Assembly (NCBI GenBank): GCA_033762295.1
Contig: JANRLW010000064.1
Location: forward strand, 64,001-128,000
From: Capsulimonadales bacterium
Lineage (GTDB): Bacteria > Armatimonadota > Armatimonadia > Armatimonadales > Armatimonadaceae
DNA length: 64,000 nucleotides
Direction: 5' to 3'
Part shown: in pieces, positions 1-10,030 of the stretch
Numbering within the stretch: position 1 is the first letter of the stretch
Layout: each line of letters opens with the position of its first letter
Translations under genes and position numbers: made by a program
The notes under the pieces: model-generated
What the model was told of the DNA's origin: nothing
The model's database searches: none
The model's input: only the letters and a program-made list of their open reading frames with translations

Positions 1-94
1 ATTTCACGGAGTGCCTCTCGCGTCGGGCGTCGGATGGCTCATTGTACAGGATTACCTCGTGACTACCAACGGAGCAAATCAGGTACAACAGTGT

Positions 95-688
95 ATGGAA
101 CTGCTGACGTTCGGCCTGAACGCCTGGAAATCGGAACCGGCGATGCGGATCGAGGACGCCTACAAATGGCTGTTCCATGCGGTCCGCGGTGGCGAACATG
201 CGGTCACCGACCCGGATGGGCCGCGCCGCTGGCTCGACCGGGAGTGGCTGACGCTGGACGGACCGTTTCCGAACGAACCGCTGGTGGTTGCGCTGCGTCC
301 GGACCGGGCGATCGTCCGACTGAACCTTCGACCTTACCGGGCGCGCGGGGGCGGCCGGGAGCGACTTCTGCAAGCGTTCGTCCGAAGCGCGCACGGATTC
401 CGGGGGGAAGCGGCCACCTTTGCCACCGTCTGGCGCGAACTGGGTCGGACTTTGGAACGGGGCGACCGGGGCGCATTGACCGCCGCAGAGTGGCGGCGTT
501 GCGACCGGGAGACCGCCCCCGATCACTACCCTGCGCTCCACCATAGCGAACACTACGAGAAGATCCGGAAGCCCGCCTACCGTGTGCTGACGGCGACGGA
601 GGCGGCAACACTGTCCGCTTCCCTGCGTCCGTCCGGAATCGGCAGGAGCGGGGAGGGCAAAGCGGCCTCCGGACGATACACTCCCTGA
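95..688 (+). CDS. conserved hypothetical protein (start uncertain; ORF open from 11)
   Basis: Motifs MRIEDAYKWLFHAVRGGEH and LHHSEHYEKIRKPAYRV resemble a domain I recall fused to uridine-kinase-like proteins; ends 12 nt before ldhA. Confidence 0.6.
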   Translation: MELLTFGLNAWKSEPAMRIEDAYKWLFHAVRGGEHAVTDPDGPRRWLDREWLTLDGPFPNEPLVVALRPDRAIVRLNLRPYRARGGGRERLLQAFVRSAHGFRGEAATFATVWRELGRTLERGDRGALTAAEWRRCDRETAPDHYPALHHSEHYEKIRKPAYRVLTATEAATLSASLRPSGIGRSGEGKAASGRYTP

Positions 689-700
689 CAGGAGAAAACG

Positions 701-1693
701 ATGCGCGTTTTTGTTTTCAGCACCCGACCCTATGATCGTGACGCTCTGGAGAAGGCCAACGGCGGCCAGCATGAACTGACCTTCTCACCGGTCTCGCTGG
801 ACGAACAGACGGCCGCACTGGCGAAGGGCTACGAAGCCGTCTGCCTGTTCGTCAATGACCGGGCGGACGTCGGGACACTGGCCAAACTGGCCGAGGGGGG
901 CGTCCGGATGATTGCCCAGCGGTCCACCGGTTTCAACAATATCGACCTCGAAGCGGCACACCGACACGGAATCAAGGCGTTCCGTGTCGGGTACTACTCG
1001 CCGTACGCCGTCGCCGAACATGCCGTCGCCCTCCTTCAGACCCTCAACCGACGAACCCATCGCGCCTTCAACCGCGTCCGGGAGAATAACTTCCTTCTGG
1101 ATGGCCTGGTCGGACGCGACATCCACGGGCGAACCGTCGGCATTCTCGGAACAGGGAAGATCGGGACGGTCTTCGCCCGGATCATGAAGGGGTTCGGCTG
1201 CACACTCCTCGGTTACGATGTCGCGCCGAACCCGCAGTGTCTCGAACTGGGCGTGTCCTATGTTCCGGTCGAGGAACTGGCGGCGCGCGCCGATATTCTG
1301 AGTCTGCATCTGCCCCTGACCCCGGAAACGCATCATATCATCAACGCCGACGTACTGAATCGGACGAAACCGGGCGTGTTTCTGATCAATACGAGCCGGG
1401 GCAAACTGATCGACACGGACGCGCTGATCGACGCCCTGAGGACCGGGCATATCGGCGCGGTCGGCCTCGATGTCTATGAGGAGGAGGAGAGTCTGTTCTT
1501 CCGTGATTTTTCGCAGGACTACGTGCGTGATGACCGGTTCACCCGCCTCCTGTCGTTTCCCTCCGTGCTGGTGACCGCCCATCAGGCGTTCCTGACCGAG
1601 GAGGCTCTGGCGACGATCGCCCGAACGACCCTGCAAAACCTCTCGGACTTCGCCGAGAATCGCGATAACGAGAACCTCCTGCCGCCGCGATAG
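701..1693 (+). CDS. ldhA: D-lactate / D-2-hydroxyacid dehydrogenase
   Basis: CLFVND, RSTGFNNID, YSPYAVAEH, GTGKIG, INTSRG, GLDVYEEE, TAHQAFLT; SD GGAG. Confidence 0.9.
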   Translation: MRVFVFSTRPYDRDALEKANGGQHELTFSPVSLDEQTAALAKGYEAVCLFVNDRADVGTLAKLAEGGVRMIAQRSTGFNNIDLEAAHRHGIKAFRVGYYSPYAVAEHAVALLQTLNRRTHRAFNRVRENNFLLDGLVGRDIHGRTVGILGTGKIGTVFARIMKGFGCTLLGYDVAPNPQCLELGVSYVPVEELAARADILSLHLPLTPETHHIINADVLNRTKPGVFLINTSRGKLIDTDALIDALRTGHIGAVGLDVYEEEESLFFRDFSQDYVRDDRFTRLLSFPSVLVTAHQAFLTEEALATIARTTLQNLSDFAENRDNENLLPPR

Positions 1694-1762
1694 CCGGGGC
1701 CTGCAACCCGCCGCCGCCGATCCGGGTCCCATGAGAAGGTAGGCCCCGTAGAGGAAGGAGTA

Positions 1763-2272
1763 GTGATGAAATTTCCGATACATCCGTTATCCGTGTATCT
1801 GGCGGCGATCGGTCTGGCGGTTGGCCAGGTGCTTTACTACTTCCCGTTATTGCCGGACACCCTCGCCAGCCATTTCGGTCCGAACGGAACGGCGGACGGC
1901 TGGATGGGGAAGGCGGCGTTTATGACGTTCTACCTGACCCTGCTTCTCGTGGTTGCCGCGGTGTTGGCCGGGGTCGGACTGCTGATGACGAAACTGCCCG
2001 TCGATATGATCAACCTGCCGAACCGAGAGTACTGGCTCGCCCCGGAACGACGGGCGCGGACACAGGGGATACTTCAGGAACGGATGACCTGGTTTGGCGC
2101 AGCCACCCTTATCTTCCTGATCGCGATGATGCAGCTGACATTCCTGGCGAACCTGGGGGCCGAACCGCGCCTTGACAATCGCGCGATGATTGCGACCATC
2201 GGCTACCTGGTCTTTACGATGTTCCGGACGATCGGCCTGATTGCGAGTTTCTCCCGGGTACCCGACCGCTAG
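1763..2272 (+). CDS. DUF1648-domain membrane protein
   Basis: LPDTLASHFGPNGTADGW motif, INLPNREYWL, 4 hydrophobic segments; SD AAGGAG. Confidence 0.8.
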   Translation: MMKFPIHPLSVYLAAIGLAVGQVLYYFPLLPDTLASHFGPNGTADGWMGKAAFMTFYLTLLLVVAAVLAGVGLLMTKLPVDMINLPNREYWLAPERRARTQGILQERMTWFGAATLIFLIAMMQLTFLANLGAEPRLDNRAMIATIGYLVFTMFRTIGLIASFSRVPDR

Positions 2273-2295
2273 CTTGCTGGCGACCGTGCGAGGTG

Positions 2296-2304
2296 TGTTA
2301 TAAT
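2296..2304 (+). promoter_or_regulatory. extended -10 sigma70 promoter for the TPR/M50 gene pair
   Basis: TGTTATAAT (TGnTATAAT) at 2296-2304. Confidence 0.55.
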
Positions 2305-2443
2305 GAGCCGGAAGCCACGCTTCCGGCTCGTCAATCGTTACGTATTCCGAAATAGCCTCTCATCTCTTCTATCTTCGGAACCCATTCGTTCATCATTCAG
2401 GGCTCGGTAGCCCGGCATCGCCCCTGATTCAGGAGACTGCGCC

Positions 2444-3577
2444 ATGTCCGTTCCGCCTTTTAACGTCGGCAATCGCGTTCAAGAAGCCATGCGTCTGTTG
2501 CAGTCCGGCAATGCCGACAGCGCGGTCGCGATCCTCGAAACCGAGATCCGGGAAAACCCTCAGAACGGCACCGCGTTCCAGTATCTGGGCGTCGCCCGCG
2601 CTCAGACGGGAGATGTCGGCGGCGGGATCATGGCCTTGCGCGAGGCCATCCGCCTGATGCCCGGCAACAGCGCCGTCCATTACAACCTCGGTGTCGCTCT
2701 GGCGCAGGCCAAACAGGTGGAGGAGGCGCGACCGATCCTCGAAAAGGCGTACGCGCTCGATCCGGGGAATGATCGGGTCCGGGCGGCGCTCGAAAAACTC
2801 GGCTTTCCGGTGCCGTCGCCGAGAATGCCCGCGCCCGCCGTCGACACGGGCCGTACGGCCGTTTTCGATCTGGGGATCGATACGCCGGCGCCTCCCGTCC
2901 CGATGCCTCCGCCTCCCGCCCCTGCGCCTCCCCCGGCGTCCCTCCTCGGAACGATCGGCGGGGGCGCGTACAACTCGCCCCCCTCCGCCGCACCCGCCCC
3001 GCCGGCCCCGCCCGCGTACGGACCGCCGCCGTCGTACGGACCGCCACCGTCATACGGACCGCCGGCGCATGGTTCGTTGCCGGCCGCCGCTTCCACCGGG
3101 TTGGGTGGAGATGCGGTCGCCGGAGGGATGTACGTACCGCCCGCGGCCGTCACCTCGCAGATGATGGGTCGCGAACCCAGTGCCGGGGAGCGGATCGGTC
3201 GCGGGCTTGGCTGGGGCGCACTTTTCGGACAGTGGTGGACCCTGTGGATCATGGTGTCCGTCTTCCTTTTCCGGGGGCTGTTCGGTCAGACCTCGATGCC
3301 CGTGTTCCTCATCATGACCGCGCTTCTCGTTCTTCTCTTTGCCGTGGTCGGAGGCGTCACCGGCCTGATCATCGGTATTACGAATGCCGATGATGAAGGC
3401 GGCGCGATGATCGGTATCGGAGCCGGTATCCTCTGCTTCATCGTCGAAACGGCCATTACGCTGATGGGCGGCGGCTTTTCCTTCGGGATCATCATCAACG
3501 CGATCTGGTGGTTCTTCACCGGACGCTTCGTCGGCGCGAACGTCGGACGCCGGGTTCAGGAACGGATCGGCGTCTGA
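2444..3577 (+). CDS. TPR-repeat protein with Pro-rich linker and C-terminal membrane domain
   Basis: N-terminal TPR patterns (AFQYLGVA, VHYNLGVALA), Pro/Ala-rich middle with YGPPPS repeats, about 4 C-terminal TM helices. Confidence 0.75.
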   Translation: MSVPPFNVGNRVQEAMRLLQSGNADSAVAILETEIRENPQNGTAFQYLGVARAQTGDVGGGIMALREAIRLMPGNSAVHYNLGVALAQAKQVEEARPILEKAYALDPGNDRVRAALEKLGFPVPSPRMPAPAVDTGRTAVFDLGIDTPAPPVPMPPPPAPAPPPASLLGTIGGGAYNSPPSAAPAPPAPPAYGPPPSYGPPPSYGPPAHGSLPAAASTGLGGDAVAGGMYVPPAAVTSQMMGREPSAGERIGRGLGWGALFGQWWTLWIMVSVFLFRGLFGQTSMPVFLIMTALLVLLFAVVGGVTGLIIGITNADDEGGAMIGIGAGILCFIVETAITLMGGGFSFGIIINAIWWFFTGRFVGANVGRRVQERIGV

Positions 3578-3605
3578 AACAGGAACGGAGCGAAATCGAG
3601 CCGGA

Positions 3606-5930
3606 ATGACCTGTCTTGCCTGTGAGCGACAAAACCTGCCCGGCGGGATTCGCTGCGCCTATTGCGGCGCGTACCTGCCGCAGGCCCTGGAATTTGATCT
3701 CGGAGAAACGGCAGGAACGCCGCCCGCCGCGAAGGGTACGCCGATCGCTGAGCCGGTTCCCCTGACCGGAAGCGGCCAGGCGATGGTAAAGGCTGTCGGC
3801 TGGATCACCCCGATCGTCCTTGTTGCCACGAAGCTGAAATCGATTCTCGCGTTACTCAAACTGCAGAAAATCGCCACCACGCTGATCTCGATGTTTGTTT
3901 TCATCTGGGCGGATGCACTGCTTTTTGGCTGGAAGTTCGGTGCCGGGATCGCTATTTCCATCTTCATTCACGAGATGGGACACGTCTATGTCAACTGGCG
4001 CTACAAACTGCCGCAGTCCGCGCCGGTCTTCATTCCATTTCTCGGGGCGGCGATCTTCCTGAAGAATTTCCCGGATAATCCGCAAATCCAGTCCGAGAGC
4101 GGCGCGGGCGGACCAATCGCCGGATTTCTCGCCGCCATCGGGTGTTACCTGATCTACCTGGGAACGAAGGACCCCTTCTGGCTGGCGCTCGCGCATACCG
4201 GCTTTGCCATTAACCTGTTCAACCTGATTCCGTTTCCCCCACTGGACGGTTCACATATCCAGACCGTATTTTCACCCGGTCTTCGGAATCTGGTTCTGAT
4301 CCTGATGCTGCTCTGGGTGATCAAGATTCCGGCAGGGATTCTCTGGGTGATCCTGATCGGCAGCGTCCTGGTGCGTTTCTCGCAGCCGGAGTCCGATCGT
4401 TACCGTCTCGCCCGGCCCGCCGTACGCGCCCGGATGGCCGCGATCTACCTGGCGATGTGTCTGCCGATGAGCTGGGCGGCGGAACAGACCACGGTCAGTC
4501 GGACCCGTGCCTCCGCTCCCCCGGTCACCGTCGCCGCGCCGCAGGAACGAGGAACCGCCGGGACGCCGGATCGCCCGCCGGAGGATTTGCAGCGGATCGT
4601 TAAGGAGGCGGAGCGGCGGCGGCAGATCGATTACGGTCGTCGCTGGAAGCAAAGTCGCCTTTTCCTGCCTGTCAACCTGGCGGCTGCCATGGTCGGAATC
4701 GGCCTGTGGACGGCGTCGGTCGGGCTGTTGCTGGCAAGGCGTCGGCGCGGGTGGACCCCGGCGGACGGACGCTTCGTCCTCGGTATGGCCGCTCTGTTCC
4801 CTCTGACCTGCGCCGGGGCGTATGTCGTGGCAAGACCCCTGGCGGAGCAATGGCAGATTCTGGGGGCGTACCTTCTCGGTACGGCCGGCGCGTTCGCCTA
4901 TACGGTCTACCTGCGCGTTCTGGGACGAGATGCCGGAGAAACGATGGGCGCATTGCGAACCCGTCTTCTCGGCGTTTTTGCTTTCGGCGTTTTCCTGATG
5001 GGATATGGCGCGAACCATCCGGGAATCCTCGCCGTCTGCGCTCTGGGAATCGTCATCTTCTTCGCTCTGCATCGCTGGCAGGTTCCGGCGACGCTCGGGC
5101 GGATCGCCGAACGGTCCGAGGACACGGCGAAGGCGATCAAGGAGTACGAACGGGCGGTGACCGCTTGCCCGGACGTGGAGGAACAGGCGGTCCTGCGCAC
5201 GAAAATCGCCCGGCTAAATCTCCAACTCTATCGGGGAAGCGCAGCGCTTGCCGCCTTCGAAAAAATCGACCGAAGTCCGCAACAGGAGGAGAGGGCCGGT
5301 ATGGCTCGCCTGGGAGAGAACTACGAAAAGGCCCAGGCATACGGCTTAACCGACCGGTTCGAGGAGGGACTCGCCCTGTGCGAGAGATCGCTTCACGAGG
5401 CCGCAGCCGATCCGGTCCGCTCCGCCGCCCTGGTGCCGGTAGCGCTGGCCTACACCCATCTGACACTGGCGCATTACGCCCTGCTGCGCGGCTGGCACGA
5501 TGAAGCGATCGTGCAGATCGACTGGTGCCTGGGGGCGCTCTCCGCTTCGTCGGTGACTCTGCGGGCCACCCTGCATCTCTTCAAAGCGGAAGCCCTGGCG
5601 GCGCAGGCAGCGGAGGGCGGAGAAACCGAAAGGCACGAACGTCTGCTCAGGGCGGAGGAGGAGTGCCGTCTGGGCGCCGAACGGAACCATGGCGCGATCG
5701 GTCAGGCGCATGTTGCGACGGTGCGCGCACAGATCGCCCGTGGGCGTAAGGACGAACCCACCGCGCAATCGGAGGCGAAAAAGGCCCTTCGTCTGGCGCC
5801 GGAGCATCTTGCCTGTCGCTACTGGTACGGGCGACTGGTCGACGGGGAGGCATCGCGAAGTCTGGCCGTCGAGTTCCCCGAGGACCATTTCGGGCGTCTG
5901 GCCGTGAAAGAAAACGCCCCCGCCGCATAA
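3606..5930 (+). CDS. site-2 protease (M50) with N-terminal Zn ribbon, extra TM block and C-terminal TPR-like region
   Basis: HEMGH, AGGP, NLFNLIPFPPLDGSH; CLAC...CAYC at N-terminus. Confidence 0.85.
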   Translation: MTCLACERQNLPGGIRCAYCGAYLPQALEFDLGETAGTPPAAKGTPIAEPVPLTGSGQAMVKAVGWITPIVLVATKLKSILALLKLQKIATTLISMFVFIWADALLFGWKFGAGIAISIFIHEMGHVYVNWRYKLPQSAPVFIPFLGAAIFLKNFPDNPQIQSESGAGGPIAGFLAAIGCYLIYLGTKDPFWLALAHTGFAINLFNLIPFPPLDGSHIQTVFSPGLRNLVLILMLLWVIKIPAGILWVILIGSVLVRFSQPESDRYRLARPAVRARMAAIYLAMCLPMSWAAEQTTVSRTRASAPPVTVAAPQERGTAGTPDRPPEDLQRIVKEAERRRQIDYGRRWKQSRLFLPVNLAAAMVGIGLWTASVGLLLARRRRGWTPADGRFVLGMAALFPLTCAGAYVVARPLAEQWQILGAYLLGTAGAFAYTVYLRVLGRDAGETMGALRTRLLGVFAFGVFLMGYGANHPGILAVCALGIVIFFALHRWQVPATLGRIAERSEDTAKAIKEYERAVTACPDVEEQAVLRTKIARLNLQLYRGSAALAAFEKIDRSPQQEERAGMARLGENYEKAQAYGLTDRFEEGLALCERSLHEAAADPVRSAALVPVALAYTHLTLAHYALLRGWHDEAIVQIDWCLGALSASSVTLRATLHLFKAEALAAQAAEGGETERHERLLRAEEECRLGAERNHGAIGQAHVATVRAQIARGRKDEPTAQSEAKKALRLAPEHLACRYWYGRLVDGEASRSLAVEFPEDHFGRLAVKENAPAA

Positions 5931-5943
5931 CGACGGGGGCGTT
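5907..5943 (-). terminator. intrinsic terminator of infB, overlapping the end of the convergent M50 gene
   Basis: Minus strand AACGCCCCCGTCG-TTATG-CGGCGGGGGCGTT followed by TTCTTT. Confidence 0.75.
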
Positions 5944-5992
5944 CGTGAGCCGGTTCGTGAGCCGGTCCGTAACCGGTTCGTGAACCGGTCCG
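5941..5992. repeat. short tandem repeat, about 4 copies of GTTCGTGA(G/A)CCG
   Basis: GTTCGTGAGCCG x2, GTCCGTAACCG, GTTCGTGAACCG, GTCCG. Confidence 0.8.
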
Positions 5993-6000
5993 CCGTTCCT

Positions 6001-8127
6001 TTACAGTTCGCGCGGCACCTGACGCATCTCGAAACACTCGATCACGTCGCCGACCTCGAACTGGTTGAAATCGGAGACCGTCAGACCGCACTCGTAACCG
6101 AACGTCACCTCGCGGACATCGTCGCGGAAGCGTTTCAGGGTTTCGATGTCCCCGGTGGTCAGCAGGTCCTTGCCCCGGAACACCCGCGCACGGGCATTAC
6201 GGCGAATCTGACCATCCGTGACATAGCTTCCCGCAATGGACCGTCCGCCCGGCAGTCGGAAGAGGGCGCGCACTTCGGCTTTGCCGAGGGTGGCCTCCTC
6301 GTAGATCGGCTCCATCAGGGCGACCAGGTCCTCCTTCACCGCATCGATCAACTGATAGATGATGTTAAAGGTACGGATCCGGACGTGCTCCTGCTCGGCC
6401 TTCTTATCGACCCCGTTCGCCGTCCCGACGTTGAAACCGACGACCAGGGAGTTTTTCTCATCCTGATCCTTGTCGGAGGCGGCCAGAAGAACGTCGCTTT
6501 CCGAGATCGCTCCCACGCCGGTGGAAAGAATCCGGACACGGACCTCGTCGTTCCCCAGGTTGGCGACGGCATCGCGGACAGCCTGCACCGAACCCTGAAC
6601 GTCGCCCTTGATGACGAGGTTCAGTTCCTTGGTGCCGCCGGAGAGGAGCTGCTTGTACAGGGCCTCGAGCGTCATACGTCCGCCGGACTGCAGGCGCAGG
6701 TTGCGAATGGTCTCGCCCCGTTCCTCGGCCAGCCTTCGGGCTTCGCGTTCGTCCTTGGCGACTTCCAGACGATCGCCCGGTTCCGGAACGGCGTCCAGGC
6801 CGACGATTTCCACCGGGGTGGAGGGACCTGCCTTGGACAGTTTGTTTCCGCGATCATCGGTCATCGTCCGGATCTTGCCGAAGGACGCGCCCGCCACGAC
6901 CGCATCTCCCTGGGTCAGCGTTCCCTGCTGCACCAGCACCGAGATAACCGGTCCGCGGCCCTTTTCCAGTTTGGCCTCGATCACGGTTCCCTGCGCTTTG
7001 GCGTGAGGATCGGCTTTCGGATCGACGATGGCTTCCGACACCAGAAGGATCGTATCCAGCAGGTCGTCGATTCCCTGCCCGGTTTTGGCCGAGATCGGTA
7101 CGGTCTGGACATCGCCGCCGTAGGCTTCGGGGACGAGTTCATGGCTGGTCAGGTCGATCATGACCTGGTCCGGGTTGGAATCCGGCAGGTCGATCTTGTT
7201 GATCGCCACAATGATCGGGACACCGGCATCCCTGGCGATTTTGATCGCCTCCTGGGTCTGCGGCATGATGCTGTCATTCGCGGCGATGACAATAATCACG
7301 ATATCGGTGACCGACGCGCCGCGCGACCGCATGGAGGAGAAGGCGGCGTGACCGGGCGTGTCGATAAACGTGATCCGTTGCCCGTCGCGATCGATCTGGT
7401 ACGCGCCGATATGCTGGGTGATGCCGCCCGCCTCGCGGCTGGCCACATCCGCCTTACGGATGGAGTCAAGCAGGGAGGTTTTCCCGTGGTCGACGTGTCC
7501 CATGATGGTGACGACCGGCGGTCGGGCCACCTCCTGAACCTTCCGCCCCTGAACCGCGAGCGCCTTGCTGCCGCCGGCTTTCGGCGCCGTCGGCGCTTTC
7601 CCGGTCGCAACGGGGGCTTTCTCCACGCCGGTGGCGGCGGGACTGGCAACGGGAGCCGGAGTGGCCGGTGCGGGCGTGCCGATTCGAACGGTTCGCCCGA
7701 GTTTCTGGGCGATTCGGTTGACGGCGTCCGGGGCGAGTCGCTGATTGAGCGCCGCCAGCACTCCCATGCCCATCAGGACCTTTTGCAGTTCGCTCGCGGA
7801 CATTCCCAGACGTTCCGCCAGGTCCTTCACGGTAACATTGACCGGAACATCGACCGTCTCTCCGGCCGGGGGCGCGGCCTGTGCCACCGGGGGAGGCGCT
7901 GCCGCGGGCCGTGCGCCGTTCGAGGACGCGCCATTACTCGCCCCATGGGAGGGGCGACCGGCGCCGTTCCGCGCCCCGGCGACCGCCGTACGGACCCTTC
8001 GAGCCGTATCATCGTCCAGATCGCTGGACGGACTCATCCGCTTCAACCCCATTCTGTCCAGCAGGGTTAACGTTTCCGTGTTGGACAGGTTTAATTCTTT
8101 CGCTAAATCGTATACCTTGACCGGCAT
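6001..8127 (-). CDS. infB: translation initiation factor IF-2
   Basis: RPPVVTIMGHVDHGKTSLLD, EAGGITQHIGAY, DTPGHAAF, NKID, KGDVQGS, GYECG. Confidence 0.98.
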   Translation of the reverse strand: MPVKVYDLAKELNLSNTETLTLLDRMGLKRMSPSSDLDDDTARRVRTAVAGARNGAGRPSHGASNGASSNGARPAAAPPPVAQAAPPAGETVDVPVNVTVKDLAERLGMSASELQKVLMGMGVLAALNQRLAPDAVNRIAQKLGRTVRIGTPAPATPAPVASPAATGVEKAPVATGKAPTAPKAGGSKALAVQGRKVQEVARPPVVTIMGHVDHGKTSLLDSIRKADVASREAGGITQHIGAYQIDRDGQRITFIDTPGHAAFSSMRSRGASVTDIVIIVIAANDSIMPQTQEAIKIARDAGVPIIVAINKIDLPDSNPDQVMIDLTSHELVPEAYGGDVQTVPISAKTGQGIDDLLDTILLVSEAIVDPKADPHAKAQGTVIEAKLEKGRGPVISVLVQQGTLTQGDAVVAGASFGKIRTMTDDRGNKLSKAGPSTPVEIVGLDAVPEPGDRLEVAKDEREARRLAEERGETIRNLRLQSGGRMTLEALYKQLLSGGTKELNLVIKGDVQGSVQAVRDAVANLGNDEVRVRILSTGVGAISESDVLLAASDKDQDEKNSLVVGFNVGTANGVDKKAEQEHVRIRTFNIIYQLIDAVKEDLVALMEPIYEEATLGKAEVRALFRLPGGRSIAGSYVTDGQIRRNARARVFRGKDLLTTGDIETLKRFRDDVREVTFGYECGLTVSDFNQFEVGDVIECFEMRQVPREL

Positions 8128-8400
8128 ACCGGTACCTCACTTCCTGACTACGCGCTTCAGTTACTCATCAGGGAACCCCCTCTGCATAGCGCAGTTTCGA
8201 ATGGTTTTTGTGTTTTCCGAGTTGATTTCGATGGTGGTTCGGACGACGTCTCCGGGGAGAGGCGAACGAAATCGCCGCAGTACATTCCGGGAGACGCAGA
8301 GACAAGGGGACGCGCCATCGTCGCGCCCCCTGCGCCTTTTACTCTACCGCAAAATGTCGGACAACGTTACCTGTGCGGGAACGTTCTCGTATTTTTATCT

Positions 8401-8718
8401 TCAGACGTCGCCGCTCTCATTTTCTCGCACGGAGGATTGAAGCCATCCGGCCACCTCCTCCGTAATCGGCGTTTTAAGCGACCGCTCCAGCGCTTTTCGT
8501 TTGAGCGCGATGTTCACACACTCCGCCGTCGGACAGACATAAGCGCCCCGCCCACTGCGTTTGCCGGTCGGGTCGGGGGCCATGCCCCCGGCGTCGGGCA
8601 GACGGACGATTCGCAACAGACCACGCTTGCCGCCCGTGGTCCGGCAGGCGACGCAGGTACGCTGCGGTACACGCCTGGGTCGTCCCGCCGTTGCTGTCGG
8701 CGTTGTTCCCTCGTTCAC
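8401..8718 (-). CDS. ylxR: YlxR/RnpM family protein (DUF448)
   Basis: PQRTCVACR...LLRIV...DPTGKRSGRGAYVC; GTG start with SD GGAGGGAG; canonical position between nusA and infB. Confidence 0.9.
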   Translation of the reverse strand: MNEGTTPTATAGRPRRVPQRTCVACRTTGGKRGLLRIVRLPDAGGMAPDPTGKRSGRGAYVCPTAECVNIALKRKALERSLKTPITEEVAGWLQSSVRENESGDV

Positions 8719-8744
8719 GGCCGTCTCCCTCCGGATACGGAGTC

Positions 8745-9911
8745 TCACTTTTCGTTGTCGAAATCGCCGAAAGTGATCGGTGGCAGCATGGATTCGGTGT
8801 CCGGGTCCTCGTCCGCGATGGCCAGGGCGGCGGCGGCATCCAGGAACGCCTGTTTCGCCACCTGCGATTCCGACCGGATATCGATGCGCCATCCGGTGAG
8901 ACGGGCGGCGAGGCGGACGTTCTGTCCGGCTTTCCCGATCGCGAGCGAAAGCTGATTGTCCGGAACGACGACAAAGGCGGACTTGGTGTCCTCGTTCAAC
9001 TGAACGGACGAAACGCGTGCCGGCGACAGCGACTCGGTGATGAACTGCCGGTTGTCCGCACTCCAACGAACGATATCGATCTTTTCGTCGAACAGTTCAT
9101 TGACGACCGCCTGAACCCGCGCCCCGCGATGTCCGACGCACGAACCGACGGCGTCGACCCGGTCATCCCGGGACGCCACCGCGATCTTGGAACGCTGGCC
9201 CGGTTCGCGCGCCACCGACTTGATGGTCACGATCCCGTCATGGATCTCCGGCACCTCCAGTTCGAACAGGCGGCGAATCAACGACGGATGGGTTCGCGAG
9301 ACGATGACCTGCGGCTCCTTGGAGGTCTTGCGCACCTCCACGACGAAGACTTTCACCCGGTCGTTGAAGTGGTACCGTTCCGAGGCGACCTGCTCCTTCA
9401 TCGGCAAAATGGCTTCCAGCTTACCGAGAGCGATACGGACGTTACCACCTTCCCGACGCGACACCGTGCCGGTCAACACCTCGCCGACCTTGTCATTGTA
9501 CTCGTCGAAAACCTTGTCACGTTCCGCCTCGCGGATACGCTGCATGATGACCTGCTTCGCCGTCAGCGCGGCGATGCGTCCGATACGTTCAAAGTCCTTG
9601 GGAGCAAGCAGCTCCTCCACGGTGCCGCCCGGTTCCGCATTCGGATCGAGTTTCCGCGCGTTCTCGAGCGTCATTTCACCGTGCGGATTGGAGACCGTCT
9701 CCGATACCGTCAGGACGCGGAAGACCTTCAGCGATTTGGAAGTGGCCGACGAGCTGCCGGCATCGACCCGGAGGCGGACCTCCTGCTCGGTGCCGTAGCT
9801 TTTCTTATAGGCGGTGACCAGAGCCGATTCGAGGGCGCCGACCAGCACCTCGAAGGAGATATCCTTCTCCCGCTCGATCTGCCGCAATGCTTCGATAAAT
9901 TCTGCGTTCAT
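8745..9911 (-). CDS. nusA: transcription termination/antitermination factor NusA
   Basis: GRIAALTAKQVIMQRIREAER, LEVPEI, AREPGQRSKIAV, LSLAIGKAGQNVRLAARLTGWRIDI. Confidence 0.98.
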   Translation of the reverse strand: MNAEFIEALRQIEREKDISFEVLVGALESALVTAYKKSYGTEQEVRLRVDAGSSSATSKSLKVFRVLTVSETVSNPHGEMTLENARKLDPNAEPGGTVEELLAPKDFERIGRIAALTAKQVIMQRIREAERDKVFDEYNDKVGEVLTGTVSRREGGNVRIALGKLEAILPMKEQVASERYHFNDRVKVFVVEVRKTSKEPQVIVSRTHPSLIRRLFELEVPEIHDGIVTIKSVAREPGQRSKIAVASRDDRVDAVGSCVGHRGARVQAVVNELFDEKIDIVRWSADNRQFITESLSPARVSSVQLNEDTKSAFVVVPDNQLSLAIGKAGQNVRLAARLTGWRIDIRSESQVAKQAFLDAAAALAIADEDPDTESMLPPITFGDFDNEK

Positions 9912-10030
9912 ACCTTGCCCGGCTCTCCTCCCCTGTGCGGACGTTTCGGCCCGGATAGTAAGCGTCCTCGAACCACCCTGTACGCCTGTATGAAACGGCC
10001 TGAAATCCGGTGCTGCACGCCGAAAAGGAC

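Noticed and set aside
3017..3068. 18-bp tandem repeats
   Set aside because: They simply encode YGPPPS repeats in a Pro-rich linker.
5941..5992. Possible CRISPR array
   Set aside because: 12-bp head-to-tail units with no spacers and no cas genes.
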